Positions 27,776 to 37,895 of a stretch of DNA of 64,000 nt are shown here, in pieces. Numbering within the stretch: the stretch's first letter is position 1; the number at the start of each line of letters is the position of its first letter. The notes beneath the pieces were generated by a model. It was not told the DNA's origin and did no database searches. It saw nothing but the letters and a program-made list of their open reading frames with translations. The position numbers and the translations under genes are program-made. This DNA is from Leptolyngbyaceae cyanobacterium (lineage in GTDB: Bacteria > Cyanobacteriota > Cyanobacteriia > Phormidesmidales > Phormidesmidaceae), in assembly GCA_965263355.1 (NCBI GenBank), contig CBDHHL010000048.1:1-64000 (forward strand). Direction: 5' to 3'.

Positions 27776-30700
27776 ATGACCATCGATCCCGATATTCGCG
27801 ATCAGGCCTATCAATTTTTTATTGAAGAAGCGTCTGAATTGTTAGAAATCATTGAAACTGGATTGCTAAATCTCCGCCCAGATGTCACCGTCCAAAAGGT
27901 GCATGAAATTATGCGTGCAGCTCACTCTATCAAAGGTGGAGCAGCCAGCGTTGATTTAAGCATAATCAAAACAATTGCCCATCGCTTAGAAGCTTCATTT
28001 AAGGCACTATACAGCGACAAGGTAGTAGTTGATTCAGACCTAGAAACTTTGTTATTGCGTGCCTATGATTGTTTACGGCATCCGCTTCAGGCACAAATTG
28101 ATACAGGTACATTTAATGAAAAACAATCTCTCGCAGCATTCGAGAGCATTTTTAGCCAATTAGAAGAACGTCTTGGACCAGCATTAAATACCACTGATAA
28201 CTTTATGCCCAGTGCCGCCGATTTAGGCGTGGATATCGTCACCTCAATTTTTGAAGTGGATATAGCTGAGGTCCTAGTACAGTTACAAAATATATTAACT
28301 AATCCTCAAGACTATGATTGTAACCAAGAATTAAAAACTCAACTTGAGGTACTGACTGGTTTAGCCGAACTTATAGATTTACCAAGATTTTTAGAGATTA
28401 CTACCACCGCTCAAATAGCAGCAAATAAACATTTTCATCAACCATTACCTATTATCGAACAATTAATCAGTGACGTAGACCGCGTACGTACAGCTATCCT
28501 TGCTGGGGATAAGATTACATTCGATGGACCCTCCAATATTTTACTAGCCCTAGCAAACGCTGACATAATTACACCTGATACTCCACCTAGTCACAATGTC
28601 TCCGACCAGATAGATGACTCCGATTTATTTGATATAAATCTCGACATACTGGACAAAGCTATTAACGATGAAATGGATGAGCCTCTGGCCAAACTCTCAT
28701 CAGAGAGAACAGCTGAACAGGTCTCCACTCTAGAAGAAATTTGGTTTATAGACGCCATAGAATTTCCTTCAGTAGAAAAAATAGACGATGAACTAACTTC
28801 AGAGTCACCCATCTCCAATGTTGATTCTAATATTGACACCTTAGCAGACGTATGGGGTGAGTCAGCCTCAACAGCTGCTAATCTAGAGGCTGAGGTGCCT
28901 GACTCTGATCAGTCCATGAAAGATGCTGCATCAGAACCCATGGTAGAGCATCTGCCAAACCCAGCATTTACTGAATCTTTAGACCAGGAGGATACTAACC
29001 ACATTGAGTCGACAGTAAACCTTGTTGGTGAAATATATGACTCATTGCCAAGGCTGCCTGAACAGGAACAGCAGAAAGAAGAGACTGATCCTCAGAAGAA
29101 GAAAAAAAAACCAGCCAAATTGACGCAAAAATCCAGATTATCTGCCAAAGTTGCACTGGATCGTCTAGAACGGATGGACAATTTGGTAGGAGAATTGTCC
29201 ATTAATCGAAACAGTTTATCACTTCAAAATGACCAGTTTCAACGCACTGTTCGTCAACTAAGAAAAAGATTTTCTTCATTCCGTACGATCATCAAACAAT
29301 TACAAAGTATTGCCGATCAAATTTTAGTTTCTCCTAATCAACAGTCATCTAGAGAGATTTTTGACTCTGCTAACACCACGTTTGATTCTCTAGAAATGGA
29401 TAGCTATGACGAAATAAGTTCGTTACTAGAAGGGATATTAGAAGAGGTTTTTCAATTAGCTGAATCGATTGATGATGTGGCATTATTTGCAGGCCAATCA
29501 GATCAACTGCTAGAACGTCAGCGGCTTACACTTACCCAGCTCAGAGATGAATTAATGTGGTCGCGAATGGTGCCTTTAGAGCGAGTATTAAAGCGATTTC
29601 CTCGGGTAATACGAGAGCTTTCAACCAGCTATCAAAAGGCAGTACAGTTGAAACTGACAGGTACAGACGTTTTAGTTGATCGAGTCATGCTCGAAAAACT
29701 CTACGATCCCTTATTACATCTGTTACGCAACGCTTTTGATCATGGCATTGAGTCCCCTGATATACGACATAACCTAAATAAGCCTAAACAAGGTAGGATT
29801 GAAATCCGAGCTTATCACCAAGGTAACTACACAGTTATTGAAATTGAGGATGATGGTCGGGGACTAGATCTCGACAAGATTACTCAACAAGCAATTGCAT
29901 CACAATTGTTATCGCCAGAGCAAGTCACCACTCTACCAAAACAGTACATCCAGCAGTTGATTTTTGAGCCAGGTTTTTCTACCGCCAGTGAAGTAAGTGA
30001 ACTCTCAGGTCGCGGCGTAGGACTTGATATTGTCAAAGAAAGCGTACAAACTTTTAATGGCAAGCTATCATTGACTAGCAACCAAGGCAAAGGCACCATC
30101 TTTTCTCTCAAAATACCTCTGACACTAACTCTCACAAAACTGGTGATTGGAAGCGTCGGCACTATCGCTATCGCCATTGCTTCTGACAGCATAGAAGAGA
30201 TTTTAAGACCTGCAAATGAACAAATAAAACAGTCTGCTGGTAAACACTTTCTGCATTGGAAATCGCAACTGATCCCAGTTTATAAATTAAATGATCTCTT
30301 AAGCTACCAGTGCCTCCCCCCTAAAAAGTTATCACAGGAACTACAAACCAATTCAAGACCCAAGGGAGAACAGCAAACAATGCTGATTATTCAGCAGGGA
30401 CAGGAAATATTTGCCCTGAGTTTAGAACAGATTGTAACAGAGCAAGAACTTGTCATTAAACCCATAGGCAAATCCATTGCAGCACCATCTTATATCAATG
30501 GTTGCACTGTATTAGCCGATGGCAGACTAGTGCCTGTAATCGATGGTATGGCCTTAGTCCAGTTCGATCCTGCCCCCTTTATCTCAAGACCAGTTCCACA
30601 AATCCAGAACGGTCAGTCTCATACTCTCATGATTATTGATGATTCGTCTGCACTACGACGTACCTTAGCGCTCACTTTACGCAAGGCAGGCTATCAGGTA

Positions 30701-30991
30701 CTACAAGCCAAAGATGGTCGTGATGCTCTTGACCAACTGCAACGAGGAACAATGCCAGACTTAATTATCTGTGATGTGGAAATGCCCCGTTTAAATGGTT
30801 TTGAATTCCTCAGTCAGCGTCGAACGAATCCACTATGGTCAGAGATTCCAACGGTGATGCTAACATCTCGCGGCAATTACAAACATCGAACATTGGCAAA
30901 CCATTTAGGTGCAACTGACTACTTTACAAAGCCATACATTGAAAAAGAATTTTTGGGTGTAATCGCAAATCTTCTCCAACAAAAACCATGA
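27776..30991 (+). CDS. cheA: Hybrid CheA histidine kinase (Hpt-dimerisation-HATPase-CheW-REC)
   Basis: RAAHSIKG, HLLRNAFDHG, DDGRG, SGRGVGLD and C-terminal REC ICDVEMP. Confidence 0.95.
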   Translation: MTIDPDIRDQAYQFFIEEASELLEIIETGLLNLRPDVTVQKVHEIMRAAHSIKGGAASVDLSIIKTIAHRLEASFKALYSDKVVVDSDLETLLLRAYDCLRHPLQAQIDTGTFNEKQSLAAFESIFSQLEERLGPALNTTDNFMPSAADLGVDIVTSIFEVDIAEVLVQLQNILTNPQDYDCNQELKTQLEVLTGLAELIDLPRFLEITTTAQIAANKHFHQPLPIIEQLISDVDRVRTAILAGDKITFDGPSNILLALANADIITPDTPPSHNVSDQIDDSDLFDINLDILDKAINDEMDEPLAKLSSERTAEQVSTLEEIWFIDAIEFPSVEKIDDELTSESPISNVDSNIDTLADVWGESASTAANLEAEVPDSDQSMKDAASEPMVEHLPNPAFTESLDQEDTNHIESTVNLVGEIYDSLPRLPEQEQQKEETDPQKKKKKPAKLTQKSRLSAKVALDRLERMDNLVGELSINRNSLSLQNDQFQRTVRQLRKRFSSFRTIIKQLQSIADQILVSPNQQSSREIFDSANTTFDSLEMDSYDEISSLLEGILEEVFQLAESIDDVALFAGQSDQLLERQRLTLTQLRDELMWSRMVPLERVLKRFPRVIRELSTSYQKAVQLKLTGTDVLVDRVMLEKLYDPLLHLLRNAFDHGIESPDIRHNLNKPKQGRIEIRAYHQGNYTVIEIEDDGRGLDLDKITQQAIASQLLSPEQVTTLPKQYIQQLIFEPGFSTASEVSELSGRGVGLDIVKESVQTFNGKLSLTSNQGKGTIFSLKIPLTLTLTKLVIGSVGTIAIAIASDSIEEILRPANEQIKQSAGKHFLHWKSQLIPVYKLNDLLSYQCLPPKKLSQELQTNSRPKGEQQTMLIIQQGQEIFALSLEQIVTEQELVIKPIGKSIAAPSYINGCTVLADGRLVPVIDGMALVQFDPAPFISRPVPQIQNGQSHTLMIIDDSSALRRTLALTLRKAGYQVLQAKDGRDALDQLQRGTMPDLIICDVEMPRLNGFEFLSQRRTNPLWSEIPTVMLTSRGNYKHRTLANHLGATDYFTKPYIEKEFLGVIANLLQQKP

Positions 30992-31437
30992 AAATTCGAG
31001 CACCCATCAGTACTGTCGATACTCTCAGATTCATTGTGATGATTTTTGGGAAACTAACATTAGCTTGTCGCATCGAAACCGTTTACAAAGTTGTAAAACG
31101 TACACAGATTCACAGCAGTGGATTAGGATATACAGGCTTAACTTATATAGATGATCAAACAGCTACAGTTGTTGATCTACACTACAAACTCTTCAACGTA
31201 TCCATAACCCATGAACAAGCGTATTTTGTAATTATCAAATCTCAAAAAGATGAATTATTGGCCATTCCAGTCACGAAAGCGCCCAACTTAATGGATATTC
31301 AAAGAGAACATATTCGAGTGTTACCAAAGCCTTACCGCCAATCTGACACACTAGCAATAGCCAGTCATGTCGCCGTCGTTTCCCATCAAGATTCAATGCT
31401 CACTCTATTTGTAATAGACAACAATGCTTTGTTGTAG
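30988..31437 (+). CDS. CheW-like protein
   Basis: 4-bp overlap with cheA; TVVDLHYKLF, LPKPYR...IASHVA, typical of the terminal CheW of cyanobacterial tax clusters. Confidence 0.8.
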   Translation: MKIRAPISTVDTLRFIVMIFGKLTLACRIETVYKVVKRTQIHSSGLGYTGLTYIDDQTATVVDLHYKLFNVSITHEQAYFVIIKSQKDELLAIPVTKAPNLMDIQREHIRVLPKPYRQSDTLAIASHVAVVSHQDSMLTLFVIDNNALL

Positions 31438-31530
31438 AACACAGAGCAGCCAATAACTGTAGCGTCTGCTAAATCAAATTTTAAGCTTTGACACTTCAAC
31501 AGGCAGAATCTAAGCAAGATGCCTAACCAA

Positions 31531-32430
31531 CTAGATAGTTTGAGAGGTCAACCAATCAAGGATCAACCTATTCACAATTTCTGGACGTTCATCATGGGGA
31601 CAGTGGCCTGTATCTGGAATAGATTGAAAAGTAACAGATTGATTAGCGTCATTAGCCATATCTTGGTAAATCTTAGCGCCTTGAATTGGTGTCCAGGGAT
31701 CGGTTTCACCCCAAAGCACCAACAAGGGATGCTGAATTTGTGGTAGGAGGTTACTGGGACAGGGGCCTGGAGGTGCCGTTAAAATTGAGGCAAAAACCTT
31801 TTGAGCCCCTGGATCACAGGAGGGACGATAAAGGATTTCTACCAGTTCAGGAGTAATTGCATCCCTGTTGCCATAAACCTGCTTAAGAGCACCACGAATA
31901 CGAAATTTCTGACGTACCTGATCAAAAATTAGTGGTCCTATCACTGGTGCCTTAACCAATCTATTGAACACTCCTATCACAACACTGAGGGTACCAGGCA
32001 AATCTTCAGGACGATGGTTAAGGCTTCCGGCACAGTTAAGCAACACACCACCTTGAGCTATATCGGGAGAATTAGCCAAGGTCATTAAAACTAGCAAGCC
32101 ACCAATAGAATTGCCGACAAAAACCGCAGGGACACGGATATGGTGCCGCCAAAAGTCCCTCAATAATGCCTCCCAAAGATCCAGGGAGTAATCTAGAGCT
32201 GGTTTTTCAGATTTCCCAAATCCCAATAAATCAAGCGCATATACCCGATAACCAGCCGCCGCTAGAACGGGTATATTTTTACGCCAATGGCCCACGGACG
32301 CCCCAAAACCATGGATAAGTACTAAAGGGGTACCGTATCCTTGAAAGGTGTAATGGATATCGTAGCCTCGCCAGTGCCAACTTAAAGCAGATGAACTAGC
32401 AGGTCGATCAATTATGGGTTGGCCAATCAT
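31531..32430 (-). CDS. Alpha/beta-fold hydrolase
   Basis: HGFGAS, GNSIGG nucleophile elbow and GHCPHDE. Confidence 0.92.
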   Translation of the reverse strand: MIGQPIIDRPASSSALSWHWRGYDIHYTFQGYGTPLVLIHGFGASVGHWRKNIPVLAAAGYRVYALDLLGFGKSEKPALDYSLDLWEALLRDFWRHHIRVPAVFVGNSIGGLLVLMTLANSPDIAQGGVLLNCAGSLNHRPEDLPGTLSVVIGVFNRLVKAPVIGPLIFDQVRQKFRIRGALKQVYGNRDAITPELVEILYRPSCDPGAQKVFASILTAPPGPCPSNLLPQIQHPLLVLWGETDPWTPIQGAKIYQDMANDANQSVTFQSIPDTGHCPHDERPEIVNRLILDWLTSQTI

Positions 32431-33281
32431 GCCTGAAGATATGCTCTACTTTTTCTAAGCTTTTCTTCATCATATAGGTTTGTGCGCTGGCAAGATTGCC
32501 GCAGACCGGAGCGCTCCAATAAGGTCGTCAACCAGCGATTAGTCTCAGGAGGCAATGGCGGGATCGGAGCCCGTTCATAATCAATAGGTAACTTGTAGGC
32601 AGACTCAACACAGGCTTCATCAAGCACCCATTTGAGGTCGACGGTACAGTAGGCCTGAGCACCCGTATCATTACAGTGGCAACTTAACGGTAATTTCAGG
32701 AGTGGAATCGGAGCATCAACCTGCCAAGCATACAAATCAGCCTTAGGACGTTGATCGCTACGACTCACCAAGACGCGATAATCGATATTACTAGGAGCAT
32801 AGGCAGAAATAGGTTCCCACCCTCTTAGTAAATCTATTTCGACAAAGTGAGTATCACTGCCCAAAATTGCTTCACAACGCTGCTCATAGTTTTCACGACC
32901 ACGTCCAGGGCGTTTTTTGCGCGGTGTTAGCACTTCAATAATGGTAACCGTCCTACCAACGTGACAATCAACAATCTCGATGTAGTCTTCCTTAACGGTT
33001 TGGGGAACAGCAATATAGGTAGGAATAGGCTGCTGTTGAGAATAATAGGAAGTACCATTGCCTCCAGAATTCTTATGGGGAACATCATTGGACAATTGGC
33101 CTACTACCAGACAGTCTTCACCGCTAACACGATAAACTCGTTTACGGATAAGGACTCTGTATCGGTCAGAGACTTCCTGCTGTAAAAAATTGGCCAATAC
33201 AGTAATCAATTGCGGATGAATTTCAGGCCAAAGGTCAGGATGCTCCAAATAAGGGTTCATGCCGGGAAATATATCAGGCAT
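32427..33281 (-). CDS. DUF4058 family protein
   Basis: FPGMNPYLE..LWPE.H N-terminus and HFVEIDLLR. Confidence 0.85.
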   Translation of the reverse strand: MPDIFPGMNPYLEHPDLWPEIHPQLITVLANFLQQEVSDRYRVLIRKRVYRVSGEDCLVVGQLSNDVPHKNSGGNGTSYYSQQQPIPTYIAVPQTVKEDYIEIVDCHVGRTVTIIEVLTPRKKRPGRGRENYEQRCEAILGSDTHFVEIDLLRGWEPISAYAPSNIDYRVLVSRSDQRPKADLYAWQVDAPIPLLKLPLSCHCNDTGAQAYCTVDLKWVLDEACVESAYKLPIDYERAPIPPLPPETNRWLTTLLERSGLRQSCQRTNLYDEEKLRKSRAYLQA

Positions 33282-33618
33282 TAACTATCCTCTAAATGGT
33301 CGATAGCTGAAAATGGTCAATAGCCGAGCGTTATAAGAAATCAATCAAAATCAGGCCTATGGTCCTGTTGCCAAACAAATCGCCTGAAGGGAACCTCATG
33401 AAATTTTAGCAAGTAGCCATAGCAGTATCCAGAAAATGCTCGTAGTTAAGAACATTGTAGCGTATGAATTCCCCTGGAAAACCACAGATACTTAACTATG
33501 AGTAAAATAAAGATTTTATAAAGCTACCCATGATGAGAGCGGACAGGCGGCCAAAAAAGATAAGTCATCTTTGCAAGCTATAAGGATTTCATAAACCCTT
33601 TTCACGATACTTATCAAG

Positions 33619-33654
33619 TAAACAGGATTTTAGGATTAAACAGGATTTTAGGAT
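33619..33654. repeat. 18-bp tandem duplication
   Basis: TAAACAGGATTTTAGGAT twice, exact. Confidence 0.8.
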
Positions 33655-33723
33655 TTTTCTAGTAAGCTCCACATATCGTTAAAAAAATAAATCTTGGTTC
33701 ACTGGATCACTTTGTAAAGGATT

Positions 33724-34146
33724 ATGGAAATTTCAAGCAATATATGGGTACTAATTGTTGTGATTTTCTTAATTTTGGGCACTGGGGGGTGGGCGATCGC
33801 AGTTGCCACCTTCCGACCTCTAGGGAAAAAAATACCCTTCACCACACCAATCAGCGATTTATCAATCCCCATTAGTGGCGAAGCACGTCATCAATTCAAT
33901 CAAGGCATATGGTCTTATCGTGAAAGAGCCTATGCTCGCGCGATTGATTGCTTTACCAGCGTGATCAAATGTGAACCCACTCTTCCTGAAGCATTTCACA
34001 ACCGGGCTCGTGCCCAGGCCAATCTTGCCAAAAAGCAGGAAGCTGCGACCGACTTCGTCACAGCTAGCAACATTTATCGTCGTCAGGGTAGCCGAGAAGG
34101 CATTGATTGGATTAAAACAGACTTAGGCATTCTGAATAAGCTCTAA
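33724..34146 (+). CDS. Membrane-anchored TPR protein
   Basis: N-terminal TM helix; TPR pattern AIDCF...EPTLPEAFHNRA. Confidence 0.8.
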   Translation: MEISSNIWVLIVVIFLILGTGGWAIAVATFRPLGKKIPFTTPISDLSIPISGEARHQFNQGIWSYRERAYARAIDCFTSVIKCEPTLPEAFHNRARAQANLAKKQEAATDFVTASNIYRRQGSREGIDWIKTDLGILNKL

Positions 34147-34395
34147 ATTCCTTAAACACCTTCAGGAAAATAGTTATTTGGATAGAGCAGGACGCAAGTT
34201 TATGGGTTAGCAATTTTCAGGCAAGTTTTGGGTACTCCTGATAAAAAGGATTTGAAGTTGTAGTAAATACCTATTTGTATTGAACGTTTAACTTACAAAT
34301 TTTGTTAAATTGCAAACATACTAAGGGGTGTTCTGAAGATTTTTTCTACAGTTTGCAGGGTTTTTTGCAGGGCAGCATATTTATCATGCCAGCAC

Positions 34396-34409
34396 TGTAC
34401 TAATGTTCT
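34396..34409. promoter_or_regulatory. Candidate LexA box upstream of uxs-ugd
   Basis: TGTACTAATGTTCT, one mismatch to the cyanobacterial consensus RGTACNNNDGTWCB. Confidence 0.45.
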
Positions 34410-34478
34410 AGCATTAGCAATGCCCTCGGATTATAAATATTTCACGCTGTATTAGTGTTTTACTAGTTCAAAGGTATT

Positions 34479-35447
34479 ATGCGAATTTTGGTAACCGGTG
34501 GAGCTGGTTTTATTGGTTCTCATCTGATTGATCGACTTATAGCAGCCGAGCATGAGGTAATCTGCTTAGACAACTTTTATACGGGTCGTAAACAGAATGT
34601 TTTGCAGTGGTTAAGCCACCCTAAATTTGAGTTGATTCGCCACGATGTTACTGAGCCGATCCGCCTGGAAGTTGATCAGATTTATCACCTCGCCTGCCCT
34701 GCGTCACCGGTCCACTATCAATACAATCCGGTAAAAACCATCAAAACTAATGTGATGGGCACCCTTAATATGCTGGGCTTAGCTAAGCGTGTCAAAGCAA
34801 GGTTTTTCCTAGCTTCCACATCTGAAGTGTATGGCGATCCTGAAGTACACCCTCAGCCAGAAGAATATCGGGGCAATGTTAATACTATTGGGATTCGTAG
34901 CTGTTACGACGAAGGAAAACGCGTTGCTGAAACGCTTGCTTTTGACTATCATCGCCAAAACGATGTGGATATTCGGGTAGTTCGAATTTTTAACACCTAC
35001 GGTCCTAGAATGTTGGAAAACGACGGTCGGGTAGTCAGCAACTTTATTGTACAAGCCCTGCAGGGTATTCCTCTAACCGTATACGGTGATGGTTCTCAAA
35101 CTCGTAGTTTTTGCTATGTTTCCGATTTAGTTGAGGGCTTTATTCGGTTAATGAATGGTGACTACATTGGCCCTATGAATTTAGGCAATCCAGGTGAATA
35201 CACCATTCTAGAACTAGCTCAGTCTGTTCAGAAAATGATCAACCCTGATGCTGAGTTAAAGTTTGAGCCTCTGCCTCAGGATGATCCACGTCGTCGTCAG
35301 CCTGATATTACAAAGGCCAAAACCATGTTGAATTGGGAGCCAACTGTGCCACTTCACGAAGGTTTAGAACTAACGATTGCAGATTTTAGACATCGTCTAG
35401 ATGCATCGGGCAAACTGGCATTATCGACAGCAACCTCTTCTTCTTAG
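34479..35447 (+). CDS. uxs: UDP-glucuronate decarboxylase (UDP-xylose synthase)
   Basis: [27 protein letters not shown] and [10 protein letters not shown]. Confidence 0.92.
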   Translation: MRILVTGGAGFIGSHLIDRLIAAEHEVICLDNFYTGRKQNVLQWLSHPKFELIRHDVTEPIRLEVDQIYHLACPASPVHYQYNPVKTIKTNVMGTLNMLGLAKRVKARFFLASTSEVYGDPEVHPQPEEYRGNVNTIGIRSCYDEGKRVAETLAFDYHRQNDVDIRVVRIFNTYGPRMLENDGRVVSNFIVQALQGIPLTVYGDGSQTRSFCYVSDLVEGFIRLMNGDYIGPMNLGNPGEYTILELAQSVQKMINPDAELKFEPLPQDDPRRRQPDITKAKTMLNWEPTVPLHEGLELTIADFRHRLDASGKLALSTATSSS

Positions 35448-35602
35448 ATGTTTTTTGGCTTGGATTATAGTTGAGACAATTTTCTGCTTGCCAAGCTATT
35501 ACCTTGGCAAGGGTTTTGCCCAAACATCCTAGGTTTGGAAAGCAGTTTCCTTTCTTAGAACTACATTCAGTAGAGCTATTTTTTTGATTAAGGAGTATTT
35601 AT

Positions 35603-36982
35603 ATGCGTGTTTGCGTTATTGGTACAGGCTATGTTGGCTTGGTTACGGGTGTCTGCCTATCCCACATTGGTCACGAGGTTATTTGCGTTGACAATAATGA
35701 GGAAAAGGTTAAGCTGATGCAGTCAGGGCAGTCCCCTATTTTTGAACCAGGACTATCCGAGTTAATGCAGTCTTCTATGGAAGCTGGTCGCCTTACATTT
35801 ACGTCTGACCTTGGTGCAGGCGTATCCCATGGAGATATCTTATTCATTGCTGTTGGTACACCACCTCTACCCACAGGGGAAAGTGATACTCGTTATGTTG
35901 AGGCAGTAGCTCGGGGCATTGGTGAGCATCTAAATGGTGGTTACAAGGTAATTGTTAACAAGTCCACAGTTCCTATCGGTTCAGGTGATTGGGTGCGCAT
36001 GATTGTTATGGATGGCATTGCTGAACGTCAGCAAATTCCAGTGGGCGCTGGAGTTCCTGCTAGCCAGCCCGAGGCACCTATGTTTGATGTCGTTAGCAAT
36101 CCTGAGTTTCTACGTGAAGGCTCAGCTGTCTATGACACCTTTAATCCTGATCGGATTGTTCTTGGTGGCAGCAATCCCAAAGCAATTGCCATGATGAAGG
36201 AGCTTTATGAACCCATCGTAGAACGTAAATTTGCCGAGGATCAAGATGCGCCTCAAGTACCCATTTTGGTAACCGATCTTAGCTCAGCTGAAATGGTTAA
36301 GTATGCATCCAACGCCTTTTTGGCCACTAAGATTAGCTTTATCAATGAAGTGGCTAATATTTGCGATCGCGTCGGGGCTGATGTGGTTCAAGTTGCCCAG
36401 GGTATTGGTTTAGATTCCCGCATCGGCAGTAAGTTTTTGCAAGCAGGCATTGGCTGGGGTGGTTCTTGCTTTCCCAAAGATGTCTCGGCTCTATTGCACA
36501 CTGCTGACGACTATGGTTATGAGGCACAGTTGCTACGGGCCACGATTGATGTCAACACCCGCCAACGACTGCTTTCCCTTGAGAAACTACAGCAGATGCT
36601 TAAAATCTTGAAGGGTAAGACAGTTGGACTGCTTGGTTTAACCTTTAAGCCTGACACTGATGACATGCGTGATGCTCCTTCCTTGATTTTGATTGAGCAC
36701 CTCAATCGTTTGGGAGCGAAGGTAAAAGCCTACGACCCAATTGTTTCCCAAAATGGTATGCGTAACGGCATGACTGGTGTAATTGTGGAAACTGATGTTG
36801 AGCGTCTAGCCGATGGCTGCGATGCTCTAGTACTAGTAACCGACTGGAAACAGTTTAAGGATTTGGATTACGGCAAAATGGCTAGCCTAATGCACACACC
36901 AAATCTAATTGATGGTCGAAATTTCCTTGATCGTAAGATCCTAGAAGACGCTGGATTCACTTACTGCGGTGTTGGTCATTAG
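35603..36982 (+). CDS. ugd: UDP-glucose 6-dehydrogenase
   Basis: GTGYVG, NKSTVP, NPEFLREG, GGSCFPKD and FKPDTDDMR. Confidence 0.95.
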   Translation: MRVCVIGTGYVGLVTGVCLSHIGHEVICVDNNEEKVKLMQSGQSPIFEPGLSELMQSSMEAGRLTFTSDLGAGVSHGDILFIAVGTPPLPTGESDTRYVEAVARGIGEHLNGGYKVIVNKSTVPIGSGDWVRMIVMDGIAERQQIPVGAGVPASQPEAPMFDVVSNPEFLREGSAVYDTFNPDRIVLGGSNPKAIAMMKELYEPIVERKFAEDQDAPQVPILVTDLSSAEMVKYASNAFLATKISFINEVANICDRVGADVVQVAQGIGLDSRIGSKFLQAGIGWGGSCFPKDVSALLHTADDYGYEAQLLRATIDVNTRQRLLSLEKLQQMLKILKGKTVGLLGLTFKPDTDDMRDAPSLILIEHLNRLGAKVKAYDPIVSQNGMRNGMTGVIVETDVERLADGCDALVLVTDWKQFKDLDYGKMASLMHTPNLIDGRNFLDRKILEDAGFTYCGVGH

Positions 36983-37049
36983 CTTTCTATAGCGAAGCTT
37001 ACAGCTAATCTTGCTCAGTAATTGGCTTTACTAATTTCTACTAATTTTA

Positions 37050-37082
37050 AAGGGCCGGTGCCTATGGGTAACGGTCCTTTAA
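37050..37082. terminator. Terminator hairpin between convergent ugd and YbjN-like gene
   Basis: AAGGGCCG...CGGTCCTTT stem. Confidence 0.55.
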
Positions 37083-37132
37083 GCGTCATGGCGTTTAGTA
37101 ACCGCAGTCTCCAATCAAAAATTCCTCAGCAA

Positions 37133-37594
37133 TCAGGCTCTAGCATCGGGCGATGCCCAGCGATCAAGCGCTCGCTTTCCACCCCATCGGGCAACAATTT
37201 CGTCATCATAGTCATCCGCTAGCCGCACCACAGTGGTGACTGAATGCTTAAGTTCAATGCGATCGCATGTAGAACCTACCAGACTATGTTCAAAGACAAT
37301 ATCGTCTTCACTATCGAGGGCAAAGCGGCCAAATAGGATATTGTCATTAGCTCGCAGCAAATAATACGTCAGCTCAGATGTAGCATCTACATTAGTGACC
37401 ACATAGGATCGTGTGGTAATCAGCGCTTCATTTTCCCCCCAGGGAACCACACGAGTAGAAGCCACCGCTGAACCAATAGTAATAATAAATAATGGTTCGT
37501 CCTCAAATGCTACCGTCGCTTCCCCAAATAGCTCATCCATCCAGGGGGCAATGCGTTCGTAGCAAGTTTTTTGAGCTGAACTTTGAAAATCCAT
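37133..37594 (-). CDS. YbjN / T3SS-chaperone-fold protein
   Basis: LLRANDNILFGRFALD...ADDYDDEIVARWGG. Start placed at MDFQ. Confidence 0.75.
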   Translation of the reverse strand: MDFQSSAQKTCYERIAPWMDELFGEATVAFEDEPLFIITIGSAVASTRVVPWGENEALITTRSYVVTNVDATSELTYYLLRANDNILFGRFALDSEDDIVFEHSLVGSTCDRIELKHSVTTVVRLADDYDDEIVARWGGKRALDRWASPDARA

Positions 37595-37895
37595 GGAGCG
37601 GCAGCAAGATCGACAACGATGGGAGATGTTGAGCAACATCCAAACAATATTCTCTCACCTATGTTTTACAGGTGCGCAAAAGTTTCTTGATGATATTAAA
37701 CCTTGTCCATGTCCAGAACAGTGGTTTTCCCGTTAAAGAATCTACAGGTCGGACATGGATTGCTAAACCAAAAGAGTAATTCATACCTTAGTTAAGCTCT
37801 ATAGTTTTCGTTACGGTAAAACGAGGTGACTGAAGATTAGCAAGGTTTATTACACTTAGAGAGTTTGCAATCGTCGGTCTAATATAAAAACTAAT

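Noticed and set aside
22400..31450. Chemotaxis cluster as a recent horizontally acquired island
   Set aside because: Looks somewhat AT-richer by eye, but there are no mobility genes or boundary repeats, it contains a HIP1 site and it has the standard cyanobacterial gene order; GC was not computed.
32427..33281. DUF4058 as part of an anti-phage defence system
   Set aside because: Nuclease-like family, but no partner defence genes nearby; it overlaps an ordinary hydrolase gene.
33619..33654. Possible CRISPR array from short repeats (also 18057 and 40871)
   Set aside because: Only two copies or degenerate heptamers, no unique spacers of regular length and no cas genes.
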